From the NCBI GenBank assembly GCA_012295275.1, contig CM022672.1, positions 1,736,001-1,800,000 on the forward strand: a stretch of 64,000 nt of DNA, given 5' to 3'. Both the position numbers and the translations under genes were made by a program. This DNA is from Chrysomallon squamiferum. Taxonomy: Eukaryota > Animalia > Mollusca. Under the pieces are notes generated by a model, which did not search any database, was not told the origin of the DNA, and was given only the letters and a program-made list of their open reading frames with translations. Positions within the stretch are counted from its first letter, which is position 1. Each line of letters opens with the position of its first letter. Positions 1 to 13,548 of the stretch are shown here, piece by piece.

Positions 1-46
1 TTAACAGGACTTTTTAAAACTATTGTTATTGAAATGTATTTAAATA

Positions 47-96
47 TGTGTGTGTGTGTGTGTGTATGCGTGTGTGTGTGTGCGTTTGTGTGTGTG

Positions 97-146
<50 letters not shown>
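47..146. repeat. (TG)n microsatellite
   Basis: Direct reading. Confidence 0.97.
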
Positions 147-148
<2 letters not shown>

Positions 149-1140
149 GTTTTAAATGTTGATGTTGGGGTATTTAGATAATGTCAGTAACTAGTTAAAG
201 TGTGAGTAAGATTTAGGATGCCTTTGTCCAAAAATTGCTCATGTATATCTATCACAGTACATATTGAGATTTTCTAACAGAACTGTGTGCATGAAATTTG
301 AAAAAAAAAAACAATTACAATAATTCAAGAAAGATAAGAAATTGGGTACAAAAATCCACTCATGACTGAGTTACCATAATTATAATTGTTAAAGATTCTT
401 GATCATTCTAATCCATTTGAGATTCTGATATGCCTTTTCTGGCCATACATTTTGGTTAAAAATGTTTAATAATGAGATTCAGAATCTTTCAAAAACAGTA
501 GTAATTTTTTCTAAATATTTAATTTTCTTTCATTTAACAAGTGATTTTGACACAAATTATTTTATACATAAATAATCTAAGTTGATATAGAATATGTACA
601 TAAAACTGTGATTTGACTTTTGCAGGTTTAGAGATATTTTCACTATTCCATATTTAATATATCAGAAAGTAGTGGGTTTTTTTATTTTAATTTATATGCA
701 GTGTTTAATTATGGACAGTGGCATTTTTTATTTTATATAGTGACTAGTACTTACATTTAATCTTGGTGCTAGAAATATAAATGAACAAAATATATTCATG
801 TCCAAATATTTTATTGAAAAAATCAGGTACATCTAAATTTTTCAATATGCTAATTCATTATTTAAATGTATATTATACAGTAGTTTAACATGGTTACTGG
901 TATGTTGTGTTAAGTAAAACACTGTATTAGAAAAAAAAAACAATTATTTATTTAATGTTTTACCTTCTTTATTGTTATCCAGAATGTTACATTTTACAAT
1001 TCTGCTTTTCATGGCAAAAATTCATGTTCTGAATATATTTTGTTGCATTAAGACAAACTTTAATCTTGTATTGTTATCTGACAACAGTGTGAGATAAATA
1101 ATCTTATTAATACTTTTACCATGACATATCGTGCAGGATT

Positions 1141-1174
<34 letters not shown>

Positions 1175-1562
1175 CAAAAATCAGTATGCATTATTATTCA
1201 TCAAAACTGTTTCATCAGTCAAAATGATTGTGCTTGGTTATTATGATTTAAACTGTGTGTGTGTTATATATATATATTTTTTTTATTTATTTTTGTCGTG
1301 CAAAATGATTTATAAATAGTTTATGGTTCTTTTAGCTGAAAGGCAGTTTATGTAAATCTTTTACTAAATAATTCATTAACATTTTGTTGCCAATGTGATG
1401 CATTAAAACAATTGTTAATGTTTTATTTTAATTGTTTTTTTCTTGCAGTATAGATAAATTGTACAAGTTATTAATGGTTTTTTTTTATTGTTGTTGTTAT
1501 TTAGATTACTATACAAATCTGATATCAGCATATTGTTATTTTTAATATATAATCAGTGGGCC

Positions 1563-1610
1563 AATAAATAAAATGTCACAGTTAACTGGGTGATTGTATT
1601 TTGTTTTTTT
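1563..1610 (+). terminator. Putative polyadenylation signal of a plus-strand transcript whose coding part is outside the window
   Basis: Overlapping AATAAA hexamers (1563-1572) followed about 20 nt later by a GT/T-rich tract; 150-1560 is T-rich and UTR-like on the plus strand. Confidence 0.3.
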
Positions 1611-4600
1611 ATACTGTTTATTATTATTATTATTTGTTATTATTCTAGTTATTATTTATTTGGTTACATATTTATATCTTTATTTATTCAGAGTACTCAT
1701 ATTAGTTTTTGAATTTCAAGCATTGTTTTATTTTTTTTTATATAAAGGAAAAGAAAATGCAGCTTTCATTTCATTCACTGTTATTGATTAAAAGCAAAGG
1801 GTATTTTATAGGCATTTTCCTGATAAAGGAATATATAATAAAATATTTTTCTGATTATAAAACTTCAGGTGAAATGTGCAATAAATAAACCCAAGAAAAC
1901 TGACCCAGCAGTAAATTTCTCCTTAAATGAATTAGAGAAAAACACACCACAATTTTTGAAATACAAGGTGCAGGGTTTGGAAGGAGAAAGAAGAAAAAAC
2001 TATTGTACTTGGATGAACTAGAGGAAGAAACCAAACATCATGATTTTAGGAATACCAAATCTGCAGCATTGGTTGGAATGGGAAAAGGTGAGGAGTGACT
2101 CTTAACCCATTGCTCCATCCATAAGCTAGACCAGATGGTATAAAAGTGTTTAAGGTATTCTAGATATTGAGTGTTTAATAGAAAGGTGAAATCTCATCAG
2201 TGAATAGAGGTTAGTGTGATCCTCCATCTCTACATTCTCACACAAAGATCATTCACTGAGCTACAGAACTCTTGTATCTCATGAGATATCCTTAGACACT
2301 TTCAACCACCAAACCACATCCAGATTCTTGCATGTGATGATGCAGAATTTAATTCTTGTAAAAAAAAAAAAAAAAAAAAAGTTTAAATTATTCTAAAGTT
2401 CAAATGTTGTTGAATTCAAAAGTAAATGACATTTTAATCTTTTGAATAATAAATGAGCTTGTGACGATTTATTTCATCAATAATCTCAGCAGACATGAAT
2501 AAAACAACACAAATAATGAAGGGCATTGATCTCTGCATACCTCTGTGAGTAAATGCAGAGTGGTTTAGAAATATTGAATCATAAACCAAATATTTACATG
2601 CTGAAACATCACACATCTCCTTTGGGATTATGCCAGGACTTTTTTTTTTTTTCTCCATTTTTTTTCTTTTTTTCTTTAAACCTTTATTTCTTTCCTTTCT
2701 TCTCTTATTCTTTTTTTTTGTTTCAGAGTTTATTTCTTTCTGTCATTTTCTTTTGCTGTTTTTCCTTTTTTGTTGAATTATTAACTAAATGCTCTTTAAC
2801 TGAGTCTGAAAGATGACATGCATGATTGATAGGATTTTCTTTTTTCTTTTTTTTCTTCTTTAATTTGTTTTTGTTTTTTTATTCCTCCTTTTTTTTTTTT
2901 TTTTTTTTTTTATTCTTTTATTTTTTTTATTATTATTATTTTGTTGTTGTTTTTTTCAGTTCGTTTTTTAAAAATATCCTTTCTCTGTTTATTTTCATAG
3001 TGAATTATTTTTGAGTTTCTTCAATATTCCCAGACATCATTAGTGTATCTTTTCTTTTCTTTATTTCTTCTATTTTTCCATTCTTATTTTTTTCATAACA
3101 TGATCTAATCATTATTATACTAAGAGCTTCCACATCTCTGCAAGGTTTTTTCACTTCCTTTCTGTCTTCATTAATTCCACGTTTCACTTCATACTTGTAC
3201 TTTATTATTAGCAAAGACTGGTAATTGATTGTACAAAGCCAATTAAATAGAGTATCAAAGAGACTAAATGAATTAATAAGGACTACACATTAATCAGTTT
3301 TATAGACTGATTTTGGAGTTGATAGAGCCAGACACCATCTGGTGATAGCTAAAATAATATAAAAGTAGACAATCTATCTTAGAAAAAGCAGACTAATTGG
3401 AAATTGTACATCATAAATAAAAAAAGTCTGATATATTCTAGACATAATATGACATGAATCGGAATGTATAGTGCATTTCATATAAAGACTAATTTGGCAG
3501 TGGAATTTCCAGATTATAATTAATTAATGATAATGATAATGATGACAATAATAATCAGATAAGAGATAATTTAAAAATAATAATAATAACAGCAGTAATT
3601 AATAACATCAGAAACAAAATCTCAGTAATTTATTATTTTTTATGTGTATATATGTGTGTTTTTGTGTCAGAGAGAGAGAGAGAGAGAGAGAATCACTGTC
3701 TGAATGATTGACTAAAAACACCACACATCTTCACATTACCTGCTGTCAGGTTTCTAAATGGACTATCTGACAATAGTGGGTTACTCTTATTTATCTGAAG
3801 CAATGCACCTTCTCACAGACAGTGCAGTATGTACCACAGCCTTTCACAGTATTCACAGAGCACTGAGTGAACTGGGAAATAAGACAACTGGAGAACAAAG
3901 ACAAACTCTCTACTCTTTACTTCCAAATTATATAATGACTTGTTTCTTGAAAATTGCATACCATGCTGACTGCTGTAATTTAGACTTTTTGTTACAGATT
4001 ATATTTTGCAATAGAAGCACACAAGTTAGTATAATACAACATTTTATCACTCTTCACAGCTAGCTGAATCTCTATAAAGAATTTTTTTTTTTTTATATCT
4101 AGCATCCTGTACAACAGTAATGTTTAATGACCTGGTTTCATCATGCCATTGATGACTTTGTTAAACACCAGTCTCGTTCATTAAACAAAATGAAGAAGGG
4201 GTAATTGGAATGCATCTTTTGGTTTGCATCGATTTCCAATGATCTCAAGTGATAAACAACTTTCGTTCCAATATCTGCAGCGTTCACGTCAGATTTGAGG
4301 TTCAGAATCTAAATGAGAGATCTCTAGTTGTGGATCTGCAGTCAAAAGATATTATTATTAATAATTTGTAAAACCAAGACAGACAAGATAAGAGAGAGAG
4401 AGAGATAGGTTTGTGAAACACAGGTCTGGAGTTAAAAGATATTACTTTTTAATAATCTGTGAGAATGGATAGAAAAGCTAAGAAAGAGATTTGGAAAGGT
4501 GGCTCTGTGATGAAAACGTACTTGCAGGATATGAGGGAATTATATTTTTTTAGACAGTCACGAGAATGCAAATTTTAAAAACATGAATTAACTTTATCTG

Positions 4601-5137
4601 CACTGATGCCAAACTGTTTCAAAAACATTATTTGTAGATTGCCATGAAAGTAACAAATCATCACAAAACAAAAAACCAAACCCCAATCCCCTCCCAACAA
4701 AAAAAATATTAACATTATTTCATGAAATTGTTTCAAAAGCATTATTTCTAGAATATCTCACAAATGTGGCAGCAATGTTATTTATAGACTGTTGCAAAAT
4801 TAACAAAAACATCGACTTCTATACTTTTGCAAAATTGTATCAAAAACCTTTTTTGAAGATTTACATGAAAGTGAATCAAAACTGGTCTTTCTAAACTATT
4901 ATAAAACCAACAAAAGTTATTTCAATAATGTGACAAAACAGAAACAAAAACCTATTTCTATACAACACGCAAACATAAACGTTGTTTGTAACAAAAATGC
5001 TATTTCTGGTGCCACAAAAAATTAAACTGATGCTATAACACATGCAAGTACTTTAGCAATCAGCATTAGTCCTAATATAAAAAAGTAGAAATTTTCCTTT
5101 TTCATGAACCTGTTACTCAGTGATCTTCAATATCTCT

Positions 5138-5175
<38 letters not shown>

Positions 5176-5629
5176 TAAGGGAATGTCAATTTTTATATCA
5201 GTCATTATTTAAGAAAACAAAAACTAACGACACAAAATAATCTTTATTTCTATTTTTATATTTTTTTTTTTTTTTTTTTTTTTTTCTAGTAAGTAATTAT
5301 TTAAGAAAAAAACAACAAGTAATTAATGTTTATTGCACAGAAAAGCACAAATCAATCATTTAACCAACAAAAATGACAAGTTGATATTTATTTCTTCCTT
5401 CATTAGTATTCTAAAGTTTTATATATATTGTTTGGATCTGTAATGAAAAGTGTTTAGCTTCTATCTATGTTTTATTTTTATTTTTATTTTTATTTTATTT
5501 TATTTTATTTTTATTTTTATTTTTATTTTTATTTTTATTTTTATTTTTATTTCTCCCCATTGCATGAAATGTGAAAAGAAGGAAAGAAATTGTTTAAAAT
5601 GGTGGTAATAAAATATGTCTTCATTCAAA

Positions 5630-5790
5630 GACAGAGTAGAGAAGAAACCTGCTTCTCTGTGCTAAGATACTCGTTTTGACTGACAGGAATCTTTTACATG
5701 CACTGACACAGCGAAACAACATCAGCCATTTTGTTAAACCAGAACTGGAGCACTGACTGGATTGAAAAAACTTTCACTGACAGACAAACA
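5630..5790 (-). mobile_element. Degenerate SINE-like element (same family)
   Basis: 'gagaagaaacctgc...ggaatcttttacatgcac...ttgttaaaccagaactggagcactgactgga'. Confidence 0.5.
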
Positions 5791-6752
5791 GTTTAAAAAA
5801 AACAACCACACAAACAACAGAAATAATTGCTACCATTCTACTGAATAACAACAAGGGAGCTTTTCTATAGGCAGGACAACACATACCAGTATTAAAAGAA
5901 ACTTGTATATGTTAGTTATATTAGGAATGGCATTGAGAAGAATCAGTCCTGAAGCCTACAAGTCCTCCGAAAAAAGAGTTCTATCATGTTTCCATGGTAA
6001 TTTGACAGATTGATCTTATTACAAAATGTACACACATCAACACATTAATAATGCATGAAACTTTAATTATTTTAGCTCTAGGATACAAATTCACAATTTT
6101 TTTTTTTATTTCTGTCAACTGTCTGGTTTTTGTAATTTAATTTCTGTGACACAGTGGCTCTTCTGTTTTCACATTCCATCATGGCTGGCCTCTGGTGCTA
6201 GCTGAAACCAGCTAAGAAATAATTAATGTGTTGACCAAATTTTACAACAATTCTGCTAAAGGCATTCTTAAAATGTCTTTCAATTACTGCTTCACAAGAC
6301 TCTGCAGTGCAGAATGAAATCAAATATTTTGCCATGTGCCAAATGAACCAAAGCTGTTGCCATGCATCAAATGAACCGAAAGGCAAAATGGTGGAGCAGG
6401 TTTTCTCTATTGATTGCCTACTTGTTCCTGGTTTTGCACTGTGGAGAACATTGTTTTTCCTTGCTCTGAAGCTAACCTGAAATAAACTGATTGATGTGGT
6501 TTTAGGCAACCCCATCCTGCTTCAACAAACACCACAGGAAAGACATTCATTTAGTTCAGGAACCGAACTTCTTACTGCTTAAGGCAAAATAAAGAGAAAG
6601 AGAGAGAAAAAAGAAAGAAGAGAGAGAGAAAAACAGAAAAAAGAAGTCATAGGAATAGAAAAGTTAAAAAGAAGGAGAAAAATGTGAAAAATAGATTTTT
6701 TAAAAGAGTGAAAGAAAAGGATGTGAGATTTTCTCAAGTGAATAATTATTTT

Positions 6753-7240
6753 GGCCTAAGGCAGGAAAGAAAGTTTGGAAGAATTTAAAATTTAGTGTTA
6801 ATCTGAGAAGTGTCTTTGTCCTATAATCAGATTACAGTTACATTCTCTATGCTGGAATCAGTTTAGTGGTGTTGGCTTCGCATTCAGTTCTGCCATACTA
6901 CCATTGATACACATGTCATGAATTTTGCATTAAATCAGATTGTGACACAGAGTTAGTGTTTTCGTTTAGAAGTAGAGGCCTGCTGTAATTTTAGTTATAA
7001 ATGATAAAATGAATGCAGCAGATTTCATTACAATGCACTTGTATTCACAGGAGGGTGAAATCTTTTCAGCAGTAATGTATTGTTCAAAAAATAATTAGTT
7101 GGATACATACACACACACACACAAACATATGTACACACACACATACACACTTTTCTTGACAGGATTATAAACAAAATTTTCTTTTCTACTCTGTGACTGA
7201 TGTCACCAGCTATTACCATTCTTCTTTAATAATTTAAATC

Positions 7241-7280
<40 letters not shown>

Positions 7281-8115
7281 ATTATTATTATTATTCAGTA
7301 CATCAACCTAATTTCTCAATTCATACATCCTCTTTAATAATTTTTTGTTTTCATTCATTGGTCCTATGGCAAAATTTGAAAGAAAGGAGAAAACATAATA
7401 ACCCAGGAAGATTGTCAATCTATTTACTAAGCTGTAAGCTTTTTGTTGTAATCACTTGATCTATTTTTTAAGCCACAATGACAAGAAAAGTATTTCCTTA
7501 AGACAAGGAAATTCCTTCAATCTTGATAGTTTTGTCCTCAATGGCTTTAAGGATTTTAACTCAACTACAATTTTTTTTGGTGTGTTTCTTTTTATATTGT
7601 AAAATGTCATTACTGCAGTACTTAATTCCATTGGTATTTCACACTAAACATTTTTTTATTTTTTTTTGGAAGGAAGCATTAAGTGATCGACAGTGTGGTT
7701 TGTTTAAGAGTTTTCCATTAACAGCATCAGCAGAGAGGGGAGTTTGTGTAGTGAGGTTGTGCTGTGTTGGGTATTGTTTGATAAGTCACTGGATCAATCC
7801 TTCTTGAAGAACCCTTTGTGCTGTTTCATGTTCTAACCATTAAAGACATCAATATGTTATTTCATAACTGTGGCATTAGTACTTTTAAACTGATGTTCTC
7901 AAGTTCTGAATACTTACCATGGCCAGAGGCAGGAAAGAAAGTTTGGAAGATGTTAAAATTTAATCTGAGAAGTGTCTTTGTCTCATTACAATTACATTCT
8001 CTATGTTGGAATTAGTTTAGTCATTCTATCTTTGGCAATGCCACCAATGATGTAATTATGTCATGAATTTTACACTGAATTAGATTTTGAAATGAAACTA
8101 GTGTTCATTTTAAAA
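6753..8115 (+). repeat. Diverged ~200-bp direct repeat pair (6753-6971 and 7921-8115)
   Basis: Both copies contain aggcaggaaagaaagtttggaaga...aatctgagaagtgtctttgtc...ttacattctctatg..gga..agtttagt...tgtcatgaatttt. Confidence 0.85.
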
Positions 8116-11100
8116 AGAGATCACAAAAAGTGTTTTCACTGTGAATGTGTACATCCATAAAGGTGTGTGTGGTGTTTATATGTATTTGTGTGAGCAATGT
8201 GTATATTTGTTTCATATTCAATATATAAATGTGTATCTATAGGGAAACACATATATTTACACAGGCATATGTATACACACATACATGTGTATAATTACAC
8301 ACACAAAATAAATAGAGACACATGCTCATTCACTGACATTTGTAAATATAATTCTCAGACACACACTTTGTGCACCAGTACACTTCACATCCACATTATT
8401 CTATACATAATTCTATTAATCCTAATTCTGATCTGATATCTATGACAACCACTGAACAGTCTCCAGGGAAAGACAAGCTTGGAAATTATCTGATGTGTAC
8501 AAAATGAAATAAACACTTTAATGAGAACCATTAACTTCTTTTCATCTCTGTACACAAACTGTGAACTCTGTAAATAAATTTGTTTCTTCTTTTGTAATGT
8601 TCTTTCCTCAGTATTGTCTTTTTAATTATTTTTTTAAATTTATATATATTACTAAGTTGTTTTCATGTCTATATGGAACTTTTGGGAATTGTAAATTTGT
8701 TTCGTCTTTTATAATGGTCTCATATCAGAGTTTTATTTCTTATTTTATCATTGTATCTCCTCATAGTTTTTTTTTTTTTTTTTTTTTTTTAAATAATTTT
8801 TATTGTACATTGACATTTTTTTCATAGCTTTAGACAAACTGCCAAAAATTGCAAATACATTTTTTTCTTCTTTTATAATGGTCTCACCTTTGAGATTTAT
8901 TTTGAAATATTTGTCATTATTATCAATATTATTAAGGCCTGTAAAAATAATACATAATAAAGTATACACTTTACTTTATTTTGTATATTTATTCATTTTT
9001 AGATTGATGACTAAATGTTATACTCTTCTATTCATCATTAATTAATTAAATGATTAATTTATTTATAATCATTAATGTTATGATTTAGTTGTTATCATAA
9101 TAATAATTATTATTATTATTTATTTGTTTTTCCTATAATATAAGTGGCCACAGAAGATAGACATTATGGCAACTAAAAATTAAAACTGTTATTAACTATC
9201 ACCTTTTTTGTCATACAAAAATCTTTATGATACTGAAATCATTTGTTGTTTTTGTTATTCTTCAGTACTGCACATAGTAATTATAGTAGTAGCAGTAGTA
9301 ATAATAGTTATAGTAATGGTAGTAGTAGTATTAGTAATAATAATAATAATAACAAATTATATCCAAACAAGGAATAATACTAACCACACAATAACTAATA
9401 TCACTATTTCATTTGCAGTTCTTCTCACAACTCATTCAAACACAACAACCTTCTGATTCTTATTTTCCCAGCACACAGTTTCCAGTTAAGGTTGCTTCTT
9501 GTAAAAAGTTAAATTTAGTTGTGGCATTATTTCAGATCAAAATGGCTGAACTGTAGTCTGGTCATAATCCAACTCGTCTTCCTGTCTGAAGATTTCATTA
9601 TGTGTGTGTGTCTGTACTAACTGAATTATTACACCTGCGCAATTAACTGTAGACACTGGTGTGTGAAAACAAGAATATTTTTAAAATTATCTTTGCAAAG
9701 AGTTCCTGTCACTGCATTTCATTTATGTTTGATGAAATAATTACATTCCTTGGTGTTAAAATTAATTGACCACAAAGTCAAGTTAACGGATGTAGCTTTG
9801 CAGTATTCCAGTCCTCTTCCTTTGGAATAAAATTAGGTGGAATGTGTGTTAAAATTTCAGTGTTAAGAGTTGTTAGTTTAGGCTTTTTTTTAAATTTAGT
9901 TTAATTTTTTTTTTTTTTTTTCAGATTAGCGCATTAAACAGAGACAATTTCACAAGTGAACTAAAAACAAATATTGTGAAATTTTAGATGAATTATTCTC
10001 ACCTCTAAAATGTACTAGTGATGCTGCATTGCCTGAAAACTGCCATCAAATTTCATGAATAATCTGAACTGTAAGAATAGCTAATCCTAGGCTATTCATC
10101 AAAGTGACTTGAACCACCTGAAGTATGTTTTCTGATATGATAGAACATCAGAAAGGATTACTGGATCTTATATTTTTTGAAAACAAAGCTGGCTATGCAG
10201 TGATTGTTACTAAAGACCAATATTGGGCCATGATCAAAATTTGGTATGTTCTTCAGAGCATGGAATGGTGAACCATGTTAGCCAAATTTACAGTCACCAA
10301 ACAACATAACAAAATTCTGAAATTTCTGACCCATCTAATTCATTAGCTTGAATGGCTCAAGATAGATAAGAAGGCAAATTCAGAAATAAATTCAGAAATA
10401 ATGTCTGTGTAATAACCATTAATATTAAATGGTTTTGAAGTGAATATTATTAGAAAATGCATGACAGACTGCAATGTAAATTAACAATGTATTAACAGCA
10501 TCATTAAACAAAACCCATACAGAAAAAAAAAAAAAAAAAAAAAACTAAAGAATCAATATTCTTAACATTTATTCTGGCTCAGTAGTTTTACATCATCCAT
10601 CATATAAATCCATGGAAACAAAATTGTGGAATCAATTATTTATAAACAGATGTTAATATGTACAATGCAAAATGTGAAACAAAAATGTTAGGTAAAATAT
10701 GTGAAAAGTGTAAATTATGCATTAGGTAGATCAAACCAAAATATACACACAACCGTAACTGTATTTACCAGTTCATTCCAAAACATTCATTTTATTTTTA
10801 AAACTCTTGACAATTGAAATGTCTATGTACATCAAAGTACTGAGAAAACATATTATGAAATAAACAATAAAGATTTACTTATTTGTTCCTCGACTTGTGA
10901 ATATTTAGTTATTTATTACTAAACTCATGAATATGTATTTATTTACCGATTTACCATCAGATGGTCATATATATCTGTTAATTCACATGCGCAGACTGAG
11001 AAATACAGAATGTAAATTATGTGAGACTAATATTTAACTTTTCATTAATATTTACTAATAGTAAATTAGTTTTAAAAATTCAGATGTGTACAATATAAAA

Positions 11101-11349
11101 TTCTCATAGTTTACATACATCTTTATAGGTTATATTATATTAAAAGCAGATTATATATAATGGTTTGTATTAAGTTCTTTTGTGTCCCTAAACATGTGAA
11201 TGATTATTATTTATTATACTTATCACTTTTATTTAATTATTACATCAAATTTTGATGGTCAATTCATAAATGGTTTTTGAAAAGCAAATTATTTCTGGGT
11301 AGTAATAGAGACACGTGATGAAATCTAAAGATACTTCATACTCTAAACA

Positions 11350-12040
11350 ACAAGAACAGAACTCTATGGTTAAGACAAATATTTTAAACCACATCAGCTC
11401 TTTGATGGAAATATTACATAAACTTAGAATAACAGTGGGAACATAACTTTGGTTAATACAGAGTTTGTTTCCATGACAGACATATTTGAAGAATTTGCTA
11501 AATGAATCATACTGAAGTAAATTGTGAAAGTTAAAGACAAGGCTGAAGAGAAATAAGAATTCTAATGCTCACAGTAACAACAGGGATTGAAGTGTCTGGT
11601 GAACTTGGATGTTCTGCCCATGACAGCCATATTTGAAAAAATCTCTAATGGAAGCATGGCTGCAAATTACTTGAGTACATTTTTATGTCACTGGCACGGT
11701 TGAAGAGATCCAAAAATTTCACACAACAACAGAGGCCACTGAACTGTCTGATATAGTTAGAAGTTCTGCCCATGATAACCGTACTTGAACAAATTTCTAA
11801 TAGAAGCATACTTAATTACATTTGTCATGGATGAAGAGATCCAAAACTTACAATACTGAGAATAATGGGGTGAAAACTGCAGATATTAGAAATCTGGCCA
11901 CATCAAACATGCCTGAACAGATCTTTGATGGAAACATACTAAAATTTACTTGAACTTACAATGGGGAACAGAATTCTCTTGCCAAGTTAGATCTTTTGCC
12001 TCTTACAGGCATATCTCTGAATGTAATCTGATAAAAAGTA
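11350..12040. repeat. Degenerate tandem array, ~100-150-bp units, 5-6 copies
   Basis: Recurring ccatgac/ta...at(a)tt(t)gaa...ct(c/t)taatggaagcat and tgaagagatccaaaa blocks near 11471, 11618, 11770 and 11898. Confidence 0.75.
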
Positions 12041-13510
12041 TGCAGATAAAAAAACCTCTAACTTAATAAAATATTTACCTGTGATTTTATAGTTTTCTCT
12101 GAAGTGTGCAACACCAAGTCCTAAGTTACAACTCTTGATGAAACAACAAAACATAATTTTATTTAAGATTCAAATTATCAGTCAGAATATTTCTTTATTT
12201 TTATATTTTGTTATATTACTTATGTTCAATGATATTTCATACTCATGAAGAGCATTAAATGAAGTTATGTACACACTCAAACAACAAAAACTGTAGATTA
12301 ATGCCAGGGAAGATGTTGAAAAACAAAGATTTAATTTAATTTACCTCCTGAAAATTGACTGATTTGACTTGTTAAACCGTAGCAACTACAAAACTAGAAA
12401 ACAAAAATATACAAATGGTTGAAAATCTTTTTTGTTACAAAACCTCAAAAATCACAGTTATTAATGTGGATCCTTAAATCAAAGGAAAAAGGAAGTTTTG
12501 TTTATTTTAGTTTTGGATATTTAACATTTACCAAGATGTTCTTATAATTATTTTATCTGAACTGTTAAAATGTAGCCATTAACTTGCTGGGTTTTGGGGT
12601 TTTTTTTAAACGTAATTATAAAGAATTGTTAACCATTTTTATTATTATTATTTTTTGTTTTACATCAGTGATATATGGTTAGAAAAATCTGGCCAAATAT
12701 GTATTTTGTTATGACAATGTGTTTAAACACTAATCAAGAAAATTCTAGACTTGCTGATTTCAAAGAATTTAAATTCTGGTGTTTTTACTGAACAGCGATT
12801 TGTTAAATTATTATGTATTTATATTTTACAGACAAATAAAATAAATAAAACAATATAAAACATCAACACACAGTTCAGCCAGTATTTATTTTTAAATTAT
12901 TTCTTTTTTTTTAAAATAATATTTTTTTATATAATTAAATTTGTATTGCTGTGCTGATTTGGTTTATATTTCTCTTTAGTCTTTGGTGCTGGTTTGCAAA
13001 ATGAATACAGCAGTTGTAGTAGTATTTTTCTTTTGTTTATAAACAAGAATTTAAAAACAAACAATATTCACAGTATTGGGTTACAGATTGTGAAGAGCAA
13101 ATAGTGGACACAAAGATACAAATTATTCAGGTTTTTCGTATCAGGCTTTTAAAGTTGTAGGTTAATGTCTGTATACTCAGATATTTTAACTTCAGAGAAT
13201 ACAGCACATATGTTCCACTGGTAGAGTATTTTAAAACTGTTTGATGAGCTTGAAAATTTAAAAGATCAATCTATGTAGATTTCATTATGGAATTTCATTT
13301 GTATAAAACAGACTTTTTTAATCATTAGTTTATCAAATTTTACCAGTCAGTTTTGAAACTGTTTATAAAAACAGTTATCTGACAATAATACATTTCTTGT
13401 ATTATTGTTAAAATTTCTGAATATTGTGAATATTTAAGACAAACAAATCAGATTTAAAAAAAAAAATAATAATAATAAAAAAATAATAATATGAAGGACA
13501 ACAATAACAG

Positions 13511-13548
<38 letters not shown>

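Noticed and set aside
4203-4241. Short imperfect hairpin as a pre-miRNA
   Set aside because: The stem is too short and bulged, and I do not recognise a known mature miRNA.
6198-6515. 105-aa minus-strand ORF in a GC-richer patch
   Set aside because: No recognisable domain or consistent splice sites; more likely non-coding, possibly regulatory.
11350-12040. Repeat array as a CRISPR-like locus
   Set aside because: Units are degenerate along their whole length with no identical repeats or unique spacers, there are no cas genes, and the DNA is eukaryotic.
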